DNA of 64,000 bases from a bacterium (GTDB taxonomy: Bacteria; Patescibacteriota; Microgenomatia; Levybacterales; UBA12049), in contig JAJYDJ010000001.1 in the NCBI GenBank assembly GCA_021777565.1, forward strand, positions 24,431-88,430, in the 5' to 3' direction. Made by a program: the position numbers and the translations under genes. A model generated the notes under the pieces. The model did not search any database. It was not told the origin of the DNA and saw only the letters and a list, made by a program, of their open reading frames with translations. Shown here in pieces: positions 8,979 to 18,855 of this stretch (positions are counted from its first letter, which is position 1; each line of letters starts with the position of its first letter).

Positions 8979-9536
8979 CTAACGCCCCTGCGTTTGTATG
9001 TCTTGTATAATCAATTTTCTGATTTCTTCCGTTTTACTTGTATTATTTTGCTTCGCCTTTTCTTTGAGGAATTGATCTAATTTTTTTTCAAGTACAAGGT
9101 TAAACCTCGCGAATTGATCATTTTCTTCTGCCCACTTGAAGAAGTCCTTAATAATTTGGTCAATTGTGTCTACAGAATAGGTTTTTCTTACCAAATGTTT
9201 CATTTGCTCACGTGAAATAAACGATCCAATATTGGAGTTTGTATCTTTAGGGGTTAATAACAAAACAGGGATGTTTTCCTCAAACGCTATGGACATTTGT
9301 TGGCCAATAGAGGAAATATCAGATGTACATTCAAGTATTACGGCATCAGCAGACTTGATTGCTTTTAGGGTTCTTTCATACATGTCTGATAACCCTAATT
9401 CTTTACCTAAACTCTCTTCTTTAATCCAATCTCTGAGGATGATGCCTTGATTTTTTATTATTGCTTGCCTTATTTTTTTATAAGACTCAGGATTTTCTTT
9501 AAATGCAGGCAATGATCCACCAAAGTGCACTTTCAT
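8979..9536 (-). CDS. Nucleoside 2-deoxyribosyltransferase-like domain fused to a ribbon-helix-helix domain; putative regulator
   Basis: MKVHFGGS...IKSADAVILECT...SIGQQMSIA...PVLLL (NDT fold) plus RFNLVLEKKLDQFLKEKA...SKTEEIRKLI (RHH). Confidence 0.75.
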   Translation of the reverse strand: MKVHFGGSLPAFKENPESYKKIRQAIIKNQGIILRDWIKEESLGKELGLSDMYERTLKAIKSADAVILECTSDISSIGQQMSIAFEENIPVLLLTPKDTNSNIGSFISREQMKHLVRKTYSVDTIDQIIKDFFKWAEENDQFARFNLVLEKKLDQFLKEKAKQNNTSKTEEIRKLIIQDIQTQGR

Positions 9537-9642
9537 TAAAGTAATTATACTACAAAGTACAATAGTACAGTTATTCTTCTTGTTGCATTTCAGAGAAACA
9601 TGATGTACATTCGGTGTACATTATCTGTTTAGGCTATTAAAG

Positions 9643-11103
9643 ATGAAGAAAGTGAATATTATAGAAATAGGAATCGGCCCACATGCCAAACGGGTATACG
9701 TTCCAGCGATCATAAAGTTATCCCAAACTTATAACATTGAGCTATCTTTAGCTATTGATCTTAAGGAGAAAGAAGAGGATGTAAAGTCATACTTTAGCTC
9801 AGTAAGTATTGCTCCTCAACTGCTATTCGTTGATCCATTTGATGGTGACCTTCCACAAGATCTTAAAAAGGCCCTAAATGACTTTGTAAAAGTAAATCAA
9901 ATTCAGGCTGTCATTATCTCAACAGAGCCACGCTCACATTATGTGTATGCGAAATGGGCATTAGATCAAGGTCTCAACATCTTAATGGACAAGCCTATCT
10001 CAACAAGAGAAAATGTTGTCACAGATATTGATGCAGCTCTAGGCATACGTGAGGAGTATAACGATCTTTTGAAAAAATATGTAAGTTTACAAAAAAGGAA
10101 GCAGACAGCATTTACTATAAATGCTCAACGTAGATACCATGATGGTTTTGAACTGGTCTCTAGTTTACTTAAAGAAATTGCCTCTAAAACGAATTGTCCT
10201 GTTACTTCAATACAGTCCATGCACTGTGATGGGCAATGGAGATTACCTTCAGAAATTGTCACTCAAAAATACCATCCCTATGGAGAAGGATATGGCAAGG
10301 CTTCCCATAGTGGGTATCATATCTTTGATATTGCTTATACCTTCTATAAGTCCTCGTTAATCACTGGTAAGTTGGCTGACTCAGCAGAAGTCTATTCGTC
10401 CTTTATTCAACCAAATGGCTTTTTGTTTCAATTGAGCGAAGCCGATTATGCACGATATTTTGGAGAAGAATATAAGAAAGTAAAACTGTACTCTGATAAA
10501 CAATTAAAGAAAAAATACCAAGGATTTGGCGAGATGGATGCGTTTTCCAATATAAGATTTCTAAAACAAGGTGAAAATGTCTGTAATATTTCAATCAACC
10601 TTCTTCACAATGGATTTGCTAGAAGGACATGGATAAAGCCAGGTAGCGATTTATATAAAGGAAACGGTAGAGTGAAGCATGAATATCATAATATTCAGCA
10701 AGGACCATTCCAAAATATTCAAATTCACTCCTATCAATCAAACGACAAACATGAGACAAGCACAGAACAAGACTACGAAATCGGGGGCAATAATCACTTT
10801 GATATTTATGTATTTAGAAATTTTGAAATGACAGGAGATGATAAACCATTAAAGATAATAAGGATGAGTGATTTATCAAAGAAGAATAATTATGATAAAA
10901 GTAAACTTGTGGTTGAGTTAACTAAAGAATCTGTAGTAAAAGAGTTTTTTGATTTTATTTACGGGAAGATTGGAAAGGACAAGTTAAGATCAAACATAGA
11001 CGATCATGAAATCCCTGTTAACATAATGAGTTCTGTATACAGCTCGCATGTTAACCAACAAGCAAAGAAAGACCCTGTCGCAAGATTTAAACTAAATATA
11101 TGA
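9643..11103 (+). CDS. Gfo/Idh/MocA-family NAD(P)-dependent oxidoreductase
   Basis: IGIGPHA Rossmann start, IISTEPRSH, NILMDKP, QRRY, HSGYHIFD. Confidence 0.85.
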   Translation: MKKVNIIEIGIGPHAKRVYVPAIIKLSQTYNIELSLAIDLKEKEEDVKSYFSSVSIAPQLLFVDPFDGDLPQDLKKALNDFVKVNQIQAVIISTEPRSHYVYAKWALDQGLNILMDKPISTRENVVTDIDAALGIREEYNDLLKKYVSLQKRKQTAFTINAQRRYHDGFELVSSLLKEIASKTNCPVTSIQSMHCDGQWRLPSEIVTQKYHPYGEGYGKASHSGYHIFDIAYTFYKSSLITGKLADSAEVYSSFIQPNGFLFQLSEADYARYFGEEYKKVKLYSDKQLKKKYQGFGEMDAFSNIRFLKQGENVCNISINLLHNGFARRTWIKPGSDLYKGNGRVKHEYHNIQQGPFQNIQIHSYQSNDKHETSTEQDYEIGGNNHFDIYVFRNFEMTGDDKPLKIIRMSDLSKKNNYDKSKLVVELTKESVVKEFFDFIYGKIGKDKLRSNIDDHEIPVNIMSSVYSSHVNQQAKKDPVARFKLNI

Positions 11104-12458
11104 AAAGTGAACAGAACACACTTCAAGCACTGATTGATGGCCTTCACGATGGGGGTGTACAAATTGTCACAAATTTCCCTGGGTTTAAGTCTCACGAGCT
11201 ATTTAGTGGGCTAGGAGGAAAGACTACATCTATCAATGAAAAGGCTGCTTATGAAATAGCATGGGGAGCAAGTCTTGCAGGCAAAAGATCTGTTGTTACG
11301 TTTAAAAATGTAGGATTAGACGATGCAGCAGATCCATTCCTAAATTCAATGTTATTGAAAATAAACGCTGGACTGGTTGTTGTAGTATTTGATGATGTTG
11401 AGGTAACAGGCTCACAATCTCGCCAAGACTCAAGACACTACTTTGATTTCTTTGGAGGATTATGGTTTGAGCCATACTCAACAGAGTCTGCTTATGAAAT
11501 TGCACTTAATAGCTTTAACTACTCAGAAAAGCTACAAGTACCAGTTGTTATCCGACTTACAAATGAGGTTTTGTCAAAAAGTGGCTCTTATAAGAGATCT
11601 AAAATAAGGACTGCAACCAAGTCATTAAAGCATGATAAGATACGATTTGTTGTTCATCCAGTAAATGCAAAGTTACAGAATAAGGAATTAGAAAACAAGA
11701 ACCTAGAAATAAGAAAATTTGTCGAGAATTTATACAGCAAAGCTACTGCCTCAGGAGTAATTGCGTTTGGTGATTGTGAGAGAGAGATAAACGCACTTCC
11801 AATTTCTAGAGAAAATGTTTTTCAAGTATATACCTTGCCTACTCCCAATAATACTCTTAAAAAGAACTTTGCTAAATCGAAAGAAATTAAAGTATTTGAA
11901 CAAGGTACGTCATACGGAGCAGAGAAAGTGAGTGCTATCTTTTCTTCAAAAGAAGTTGTTAGTAACAGTGGCGACTTTGTCGATCACTCAAAAGGACATA
12001 TTATTACGAAAAACTATGAAACAATGTTTCAAGCATTAAAAAATACCAAGCCACAGCTCGTTGTAGGAGATTTAGGAGAATACACTATGGACAATCTTCA
12101 TTCTATTGATGCTTGTCTTTGTTTTGGATCAGCTATTAGCGTAAGTATTGGTGCTAGTCTCGCGGGGGTCAAAGATATATTCTGTATTATTGGTGATGCG
12201 GCATTTTTGCATTCAGGTAAAAACGTAATAGCAGAAGCGCTTGAGCGTAACTTAAAGCTAAATATTATCGTTATTTGTAATGGGGGCTCGCAAGGCACAG
12301 GAGGACAAAAGATACCTGGGGATCTAAAAACACAAAATAAGAGTATAATATCTTTCACTGAGATCTATGATGATTTAAATGTTAAAAAGTTTGGGGTGTT
12401 ATTTGAGCAAATGAAAAAAAGTAAACAGATGGCTATTTTGTATCTGGTAAAGAAATAA
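11100..12458 (+). CDS. Thiamine-pyrophosphate enzyme, IorA (indolepyruvate oxidoreductase alpha)-like, short
   Basis: NFPGF, INEKAAYEIAWGAS..GKRS..TFKNVGL, SQSRQDSR, IGDAAFLHSG...N TPP motif. Confidence 0.85.
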   Translation: MKSEQNTLQALIDGLHDGGVQIVTNFPGFKSHELFSGLGGKTTSINEKAAYEIAWGASLAGKRSVVTFKNVGLDDAADPFLNSMLLKINAGLVVVVFDDVEVTGSQSRQDSRHYFDFFGGLWFEPYSTESAYEIALNSFNYSEKLQVPVVIRLTNEVLSKSGSYKRSKIRTATKSLKHDKIRFVVHPVNAKLQNKELENKNLEIRKFVENLYSKATASGVIAFGDCEREINALPISRENVFQVYTLPTPNNTLKKNFAKSKEIKVFEQGTSYGAEKVSAIFSSKEVVSNSGDFVDHSKGHIITKNYETMFQALKNTKPQLVVGDLGEYTMDNLHSIDACLCFGSAISVSIGASLAGVKDIFCIIGDAAFLHSGKNVIAEALERNLKLNIIVICNGGSQGTGGQKIPGDLKTQNKSIISFTEIYDDLNVKKFGVLFEQMKKSKQMAILYLVKK

Positions 12459-12459
12459 T

Positions 12460-13080
12460 ATGGAACAAGTAAGATATATACATTTTGAAGGAATGGATCT
12501 CGCAGGGAAAACTACTGCAACACAGGGCTTCATAGCTGCTGATGGAGGAACGTGGGAAATAAGAAGAAACAGCATAGCTACTGATAATCCAATATATCTT
12601 CTTGCAGATTCGTTGAGAAGAGCTGATGCTTATGATGCTGAAACGCTAGGTAATTTGTTTGTGGCTGCGCTAATGGCTGACATACGTAGTTTTGTACCAC
12701 CTACAGCTGATACGATACAAGACTCAACGATTCTTTTGCGATCACTTGCTTATCATTCAGTAAGAGGAACACCTCGAATCCCTCAAGTGCTTCAGGATAT
12801 GGTTCCTGAGCATCCACAATTCACGGCTTCGTTTCTATTTACAGCAAGTATTGATAGAAGGCGTGAAAGATTACAGCAAAGGATGCAAAGAGCACCAGAA
12901 GAAGTAGCGCCTGAAGATTTAATGGTCTTAGATGCACCAGAAAAGTTTTTGGCAATGGAAGCGCGATTGATAGACTTGTCTACAGGGATATTTCATTCAG
13001 TGGTTATAGATACAACATCGTTAACGCCAGAAATGGTTGTTGAGAGTATCCAGACAAATATGCCGTCTAGACGTGAATAG
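12460..13080 (+). CDS. Thymidylate-kinase-like P-loop NMP kinase
   Basis: FEGMDLAGKTT Walker A, RSLAYH, LFTAS..RRERL lid. Confidence 0.8.
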   Translation: MEQVRYIHFEGMDLAGKTTATQGFIAADGGTWEIRRNSIATDNPIYLLADSLRRADAYDAETLGNLFVAALMADIRSFVPPTADTIQDSTILLRSLAYHSVRGTPRIPQVLQDMVPEHPQFTASFLFTASIDRRRERLQQRMQRAPEEVAPEDLMVLDAPEKFLAMEARLIDLSTGIFHSVVIDTTSLTPEMVVESIQTNMPSRRE

Positions 13081-13102
13081 AAAATAACTATTGACCACCT
13101 TT

Positions 13103-13717
13103 TTAACTCTCAGTAACAAGATCATTAACCTTTTCAATGACAACGTCTTCATAGACTGGTTCCTTTGTCTCTAGATCTCTAAAACTGTGATCAGCACCAT
13201 CAATGTTAATGTATGTGATTTTTTTGGTAGCCAAACCTTCAAGATCGCTTTTAACTTTTTCTATGTTGCCAAACTTGTCGTTACTGCCTTGAATGACTAC
13301 AATATTTCCAGTAAATTCCTTTAGATCTACACTTCCGAGCACGTATCCTAAGATGATTACAGAATACTTTTTCTGTTCATGTATGGGTAGTTTTTTTGAA
13401 AAATAACTCGCAACAATACCACCGAGTGACTTACCTATTAGTCGAATGTGGCGATATTCTTTAATTGAAGCGTATTCAATAACTCTCTTGAGAACCTCTA
13501 ACTCTTCTTGAAGCTCTGGCCCAGAGGATTGCTCCTCGCCTCGGTCTAAATATGGGAAGTTAAATGCAATAACGCTATGCGCATTATCTTGTGAAGCTTT
13601 GAATAGTTTTTGTATAAAAGATGACTCAATCCCTTTTGACCCGCCGTGTAGGAGCACATCAAGAGTATCAGAATCTGTATTGTATGAAAAATAAAAGTTT
13701 ATACCTTGCATCAGCAA
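13103..13717 (-). CDS. Alpha/beta hydrolase
   Basis: LLHGGS, GKSLGG nucleophile elbow, QGSNDKFG, GADHSF. Confidence 0.9.
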   Translation of the reverse strand: MLMQGINFYFSYNTDSDTLDVLLHGGSKGIESSFIQKLFKASQDNAHSVIAFNFPYLDRGEEQSSGPELQEELEVLKRVIEYASIKEYRHIRLIGKSLGGIVASYFSKKLPIHEQKKYSVIILGYVLGSVDLKEFTGNIVVIQGSNDKFGNIEKVKSDLEGLATKKITYINIDGADHSFRDLETKEPVYEDVVIEKVNDLVTES

Positions 13718-13941
13718 TATAATATCTAAGTTTGTCTATTTGTGCAATCTCCAATACGAATTGTTATCATCCAATGATGGTTATTGTATGCTATTTATAG
13801 AGAATGGCAAGTTAAAGGTATCATAGAGAGTTTTTATGTTTCCTAGAGGAACATCAAGCTGTATCTCTTTTTTCCTGAACATGTCTACCAAGGGGAGCAA
13901 AGTAAAACTTACACGAACTAATTACTTAAGGTACAGTTACA

Positions 13942-14358
13942 ATGGATTGGACTATTCTCAAAGGCTTTTTGTCTGGACTCCCCGTTGGAGGACTGATTGT
14001 CTATTTCTCACATGGTTGGATAGATGACTACTTTAGAAAAAACACCGAGGTCCGCACTGATAAAAGAAAATTGGCAAAAGAAATCCTTTCTACTATAGCT
14101 GAAGCTGAGTCAAGCAATTATCAAAAAACTGCAAGGAATAGAGAGCAGATAAAAAATCTTGCTATTCAAGCAGGACCATATAACTCTAAAATAGACGATT
14201 TAGTCCGACGCTATGAATTTACATGGTGGCTTGCTTCTGAAATCTTCTCAAGAATACCTGAATTACAAGAGAATCTATTTTTCTATAGGGAGTTGGAAGA
14301 ACGTGCAAGAGATCAGTCTCTTCAAGTAAAAAACATCGTGAATAAGTGGTTAAAGTAA
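13942..14358 (+). CDS. Hypothetical protein with N-terminal TM helix
   Basis: 138-aa ORF. Confidence 0.6.
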   Translation: MDWTILKGFLSGLPVGGLIVYFSHGWIDDYFRKNTEVRTDKRKLAKEILSTIAEAESSNYQKTARNREQIKNLAIQAGPYNSKIDDLVRRYEFTWWLASEIFSRIPELQENLFFYRELEERARDQSLQVKNIVNKWLK

Positions 14359-14431
14359 TTTTCTGAGTAAAATTTTCTCAATGATTTCTCTTTACGTGTA
14401 CTACCCCGCTTTTGGGCAGGACTTGTAAAAT

Positions 14432-15427
14432 TTAGAAGTATTTTTCGTTCAAGCCTCTGAATTCTCTTATGCTCTGACCGTACTTTTCTCTGACCTGAGT
14501 CTCTAGACTCTTGTACGCGTTGTCAATTTCCAGAAGAGTACTTGCATCTAGTTTCACATCGTTCGCTTTAAGATTTATTTCCGTGTAAGCAGGATTTGTA
14601 TTACCAACAATGACAAAACCCATGTACTTCTGGTGCAAAGCCCATGCGATTGACAATTGTCCTAACGTAATGCCAAGTCGTTTGGCTATTGGTGAGAGTG
14701 ATAATTTTACCCAATCAGCGATGACATCTACTTTCTCTGGTAACCAGTCACTTCTCCCAGTTCGCAAATCACCTTCGCGCAGATTTTCGATACCCTCGAA
14801 GACCTTTCCTGTTAATTGACCACGATCAATAACTTGATAGGGGACAAGTTTAATTGCATGTTCCATCATGTATTCTTCAAGTTCTGGCTCGATACTCCGA
14901 TTCAAAAGACTAAAACGATTTTGTATGAAACTGATCTTGCCCGATTGATTGTATTCTTTCAGCTCGAAAAGATTTACATTTGATGTGCCAATTTCTCTTA
15001 TCTTTCCCTCTGTCTGAAGCTTTATCAAAGCCCGCATTGTCTCCTCAATTGGCGTCTGGGGGTCTGGACTGTGCATGAAATAGAGGTCAATATAATCAAT
15101 ATTGAGTCTTTTGAGTGAGCGTTCGCACTCGCGAATGACATCATCATATTTGCCACTTTTCTGAATAGTTTGGAATGACTTGCCCTCAACATCGATATAT
15201 CCACACTTAGTCGCGATATAGTAACTCTCTCGGGGATAAGTATGGAGTGCTTCACCAATCAAAGTTTCTACTTCTCCAAAACCGTACATTGGCGCGGTAT
15301 CGATGTAGTAGCCACCTTTATCAATAAACTGCCTGACAATATCCTTGGCCCCGTCTTTAGAAATATGAGAAAAGACATCTGCAAGGGGGAATGTGCCAAG
15401 TCCTACACGATTTTTATTCATGTCCAT
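14432..15427 (-). CDS. Aldo/keto reductase
   Basis: GLGT, IDTAPMYG, IATKCG, SLKRLNIDYIDLYFMH, GKIREIGTSN. Confidence 0.95.
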   Translation of the reverse strand: MDMNKNRVGLGTFPLADVFSHISKDGAKDIVRQFIDKGGYYIDTAPMYGFGEVETLIGEALHTYPRESYYIATKCGYIDVEGKSFQTIQKSGKYDDVIRECERSLKRLNIDYIDLYFMHSPDPQTPIEETMRALIKLQTEGKIREIGTSNVNLFELKEYNQSGKISFIQNRFSLLNRSIEPELEEYMMEHAIKLVPYQVIDRGQLTGKVFEGIENLREGDLRTGRSDWLPEKVDVIADWVKLSLSPIAKRLGITLGQLSIAWALHQKYMGFVIVGNTNPAYTEINLKANDVKLDASTLLEIDNAYKSLETQVREKYGQSIREFRGLNEKYF

Positions 15428-15495
15428 GGACTTATTCTATCAAAAAATCATGGAATATGTATCGCATTAAGTGGTACACTCAAGAGGAGCAGAAT

Positions 15496-16020
15496 ATGGA
15501 CTGGACAACATCAATATTAGTACGTGACAATATAAAGCTTCGGTTGCTTGTTCCCGATGATGCTGGGAGAATCTTTGAAATCCTCGAAAAAGATCCGGCG
15601 ATCCGTGAGAAGTTTGTAACTTGGACTGCAGGACTAACCACTGAAGATGCTGTTCGCAGTGCAATTGAAAAATTTCAACAAAACAGCAGTCTTCGGTTTG
15701 GGATTATCGATGGTGACAGACTTATTGGCTACGTAGGCACCTGGTCAAACACTCCTGATGGCAAAGAGTATGATGCAGGGTATTTTATTGACCGAGATAA
15801 GCGTGGTAAGGGGATAGTAACATCAGCAATGAAGGCACTAATTGAGGTTGCAAGTAAAAATTTACCCATCGAGTTATTTGCAATGTATATATGGGATGAA
15901 AATGAGCCAAGTAAGGCAGTTGCTCAAAAGCTCGGTTTCACACGTACAGATGTAATTGAGCCAGAACCAGCGCTCGGTGGAGTGCCAGAACGCCGCTGGG
16001 AACTATCTGTAAAGAAATAG
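15496..16020 (+). CDS. GNAT (RimJ/RimL-like) N-acetyltransferase
   Basis: GYFIDRDKRGKGIVT, NEPSKAVAQKLGF; GAGGAG before ATG 15496. Confidence 0.88.
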   Translation: MDWTTSILVRDNIKLRLLVPDDAGRIFEILEKDPAIREKFVTWTAGLTTEDAVRSAIEKFQQNSSLRFGIIDGDRLIGYVGTWSNTPDGKEYDAGYFIDRDKRGKGIVTSAMKALIEVASKNLPIELFAMYIWDENEPSKAVAQKLGFTRTDVIEPEPALGGVPERRWELSVKK

Positions 16021-16074
16021 GTATTTCATTGGATCCATAGAAGAGCACAGCTTCTCATCTGCTATACTTAGTTC

Positions 16075-16593
16075 ATGAATCAAATCATTATCCAAGGCAT
16101 TGGTTATCTTGCTCTTCTCTTTGTCATTTTATCTTTTCAAAAAAGCAAACGTGTAAATATTCTCCTGGTCATGCTTGTAGGCTTACTTTTTTTTGTGCTT
16201 CATTATAGTTTGCTTCATGCATGGACGGGGGCGTTGATGAATTTGGTCGAAGCAGGGGTTGTTTTTGTCTCTTATAAGAAAGAGACACGAGAGTGGGCAC
16301 AGAAAAAGTTCTGGCCATATGTTTTTATACTTTTATACATCCTTGCAGGAATACTTACGGCAAAATCTAGGGTAGATTTCCTTCCAATTGTGGCACAAAT
16401 TTTTGGTGCACTGGCAGTGTGGCAAACAAATCCAAGAACCATTCGCTTCCTCATGCTCATCCCACGACCGATGTGGTTTACTTACAACTTTGTCGTTGGT
16501 TCCTATGCTGGGATGACTACAGAAATACTTATATTAGCGTCTGTTCTTATTGGAATATTGCGTTTTGATATTCTGAAACAGAAAGAGAAGTAG
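16075..16593 (+). CDS. YgjV-family inner membrane protein
   Basis: IQGIGYLAL...SFQ, LHYSLLHAWTGA, WFTYNFVVGSYAG. Confidence 0.8.
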   Translation: MNQIIIQGIGYLALLFVILSFQKSKRVNILLVMLVGLLFFVLHYSLLHAWTGALMNLVEAGVVFVSYKKETREWAQKKFWPYVFILLYILAGILTAKSRVDFLPIVAQIFGALAVWQTNPRTIRFLMLIPRPMWFTYNFVVGSYAGMTTEILILASVLIGILRFDILKQKEK

Positions 16594-16617
16594 GTGGAGT
16601 AAATCTGAAGCTGTAGT

Positions 16618-17118
16618 TCAGTTTCTTACTTTTTGCCCCTTGTTGCCCCAGGTCCTTTGAAAGAAGCCACCCTTATCTGCAATATTCGTATGAATAAGTC
16701 TCGTGCTTGGGCTGAGAATAAGTTGTTTCAGCTGTGCTCGTGTACCGACAAACACGTGATTGTGGCCTGCGACGTATTGGCCAATGGAGGGGTCGATGAT
16801 GACTTCTACACCATCGACCACAGTCCGTAGTGATCTGTGCCAGGTTGTCTGTCTGTCTTCACTAATACACATCTCCGTTGGTAGCCCTGTGTCGGACAAT
16901 GCCCTCTGAAGTTCTCCTGCGAGGATGCCACATTTACCCATAAGAGCCTCAGAAGTGACGGTAGTTCTAAAAGGGCAGGTAGACAGAGCACCTTGGAAGG
17001 CTTGTGCGTGGGGATTGTCTGCGAAGCCACTATCGAACGCAGCTTCAGCGAGTGCTCGTACCGTGGATACTGCACGTGCTTGGGGATCGAGGGATTCAGC
17101 TGACTCATTTCGGAGCAT
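16618..17118 (-). CDS. Hypothetical protein with papain/transglutaminase-like C-H-D pattern
   Basis: GKCG...WHRSL...IIDPSIGQY. Confidence 0.55.
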   Translation of the reverse strand: MLRNESAESLDPQARAVSTVRALAEAAFDSGFADNPHAQAFQGALSTCPFRTTVTSEALMGKCGILAGELQRALSDTGLPTEMCISEDRQTTWHRSLRTVVDGVEVIIDPSIGQYVAGHNHVFVGTRAQLKQLILSPSTRLIHTNIADKGGFFQRTWGNKGQKVRN

Positions 17119-17203
17119 AGGGGAGAGTATACACAAAATAGCCTGCCAGTGCAATATTATAGGATTTAATGTCTTTAAAATTGGATTATGGTATCATACC
17201 TAC

Positions 17204-18298
17204 ATGAGAGTGGAAGATGCTGGAGTAGCCTCATTTAACGTGCCACCGGTGACAGACATGACGGGTCTTCGTGACTCATCCTTTCTATACGATCTTCGAG
17301 CAAAGATAGAGAGTGCACATGACGCAGTTGGTATTGTTACAAGAGAGATTGTCGATGACTTTGAAGCTCCATTAAGTACTCAGATTAGAGAATATACTGT
17401 CCCCAATGAAGAGTATCTACATAATCTAGCGTCCCAGGTGGCAGAAACTAGAGGAACAATTCTTGCAGCTGGAGCAGACCAAGGGCTTCGACTACTTGCA
17501 ATGTGTCCGTTAGCAGAAGGATTAGATATTATCGACATTGATCCGACTGTAACTTTAACAAGTTCCCTTCTCCTGGAGTCTGCCTTCCGAACTCGAGAGT
17601 TATTAGGACGTACTCCAAGTCCAGAAGAAATGATAGAGCTCTATTCAGATCCTGATATATTGATCTCACTACTGGCGCGTGAGCCATCAAATCCTAACCA
17701 GCACAGATTTTCACAGGCAGAATTGATTACAATTCGGGGTATGCTGGAAATGCCAAATGGACTGGAAGGATATTTAGTAAGGCAGCTAGAGGTAAACGAT
17801 TCCTTTTGGATGAAATCTCAACAGATCGATAGAATTCTTGATATTTATGGGAGGGGAGATATTAGAATTCATAGGGGTAATATCACAGGTGGGGCGGCGA
17901 TGGATTCTATTATCGCATCAAGGCAGCATATAGGCTTAGTATATCTATCTAATATTGTAAATAGAGGTTATTTGTCTTTGGAGGAGATAGACTTGTTGAG
18001 GTCGACAATGGAGCAGATGACTGGCATCGAGGGTGCAAAGTTCATTCAGGCCGTAGCTGCTGTGGAAACATCACCAGTACAGCGTTATGGTGATGAAATA
18101 ATGACTAATCAAAGTGCCTCTGAAGGCCCTAGTGACTGGCATTATCTTGTACAAGATTTCCAGAGCTTCAGGGTCTATGCAAGTAGAACTAACCCACCGC
18201 TTGTGAGTGGCACTGTTTTTATGAGAATAAGTAGAAAGCTACCTGGCACCAATGTTACTCATGTCGGTCCAGGGGTCTTCCTTCAAGAGGCTGCCTAA
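17204..18298 (+). CDS. Hypothetical protein, possible SAM-binding Rossmann-like fold
   Basis: ILAAGADQG...IIDIDP...GNIT...VYLSNI; start moved to ATG 17204. Confidence 0.55.
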   Translation: MRVEDAGVASFNVPPVTDMTGLRDSSFLYDLRAKIESAHDAVGIVTREIVDDFEAPLSTQIREYTVPNEEYLHNLASQVAETRGTILAAGADQGLRLLAMCPLAEGLDIIDIDPTVTLTSSLLLESAFRTRELLGRTPSPEEMIELYSDPDILISLLAREPSNPNQHRFSQAELITIRGMLEMPNGLEGYLVRQLEVNDSFWMKSQQIDRILDIYGRGDIRIHRGNITGGAAMDSIIASRQHIGLVYLSNIVNRGYLSLEEIDLLRSTMEQMTGIEGAKFIQAVAAVETSPVQRYGDEIMTNQSASEGPSDWHYLVQDFQSFRVYASRTNPPLVSGTVFMRISRKLPGTNVTHVGPGVFLQEAA

Positions 18299-18380
18299 GT
18301 GACATAAGATTTTGTGTATAGCGCTCGCTTATTATACTCATTTGCATCTCACTTTTGGGTCTGTTACGCTGGAGACAGAT

Positions 18381-18821
18381 ATGCAAGAGAATGACGTAGA
18401 GAAGGCACGAACACAGGTGCACCAGCTTATTTTGAGTAAAAATGCTCAGAAAAAGGTGCATGGAAGTAGCCTGGTGGGGAGATTTAACACCTTTTTAGCT
18501 GTGTATATTACAAAAGTAGTCGGGTCGATGTGGTGTGCCTATATCTTTGCAGGACTAGCACTTGTGTCATTGCCTGCCGTGATCCATTCTCATGATCCGC
18601 TGGTCATCGTAGCCTGGATTGCCCAGACCTTCTTGCAGCTCGTTCTTCTCCCTATCATCATCGTGGGGCAGAATGTGCAGGCTGAGGCCAGTGATGAACG
18701 AGCAGAGCATGATCATGATACCCTCATGGCAATTCACACACTAAGTGCTGAGATATATAAGATTAATCAACAACAGGAGAAAATCCTCACTATGCTTGAG
18801 GCTAAAAAAGCTCAAAAGTAA
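18381..18821 (+). CDS. DUF1003-like small membrane protein
   Basis: ITKVVGSMW...LQLVLLPIIIVGQN...RAEHD. Confidence 0.7.
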   Translation: MQENDVEKARTQVHQLILSKNAQKKVHGSSLVGRFNTFLAVYITKVVGSMWCAYIFAGLALVSLPAVIHSHDPLVIVAWIAQTFLQLVLLPIIIVGQNVQAEASDERAEHDHDTLMAIHTLSAEIYKINQQQEKILTMLEAKKAQK

Positions 18822-18855
18822 TAAAAGACAATCGGCGCGGGTGTATAATACGACT

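Larger units (their letters stand above)
2944..14400. mobile_element. Integrative element 1 at the tRNA-Asn 3' end (right boundary uncertain, about 8.9-16.6 kb)
   Basis: Serine recombinase abutting the tRNA, Xre, Rep-like, SpoVG and Ltp genes, visibly AT-rich cargo; no att duplication found. Confidence 0.7.

Noticed and set aside
14360-16610. Right att site of element 1
   Set aside because: I found no convincing copy of the tRNA-Asn 3' end, so the boundary is left uncertain.
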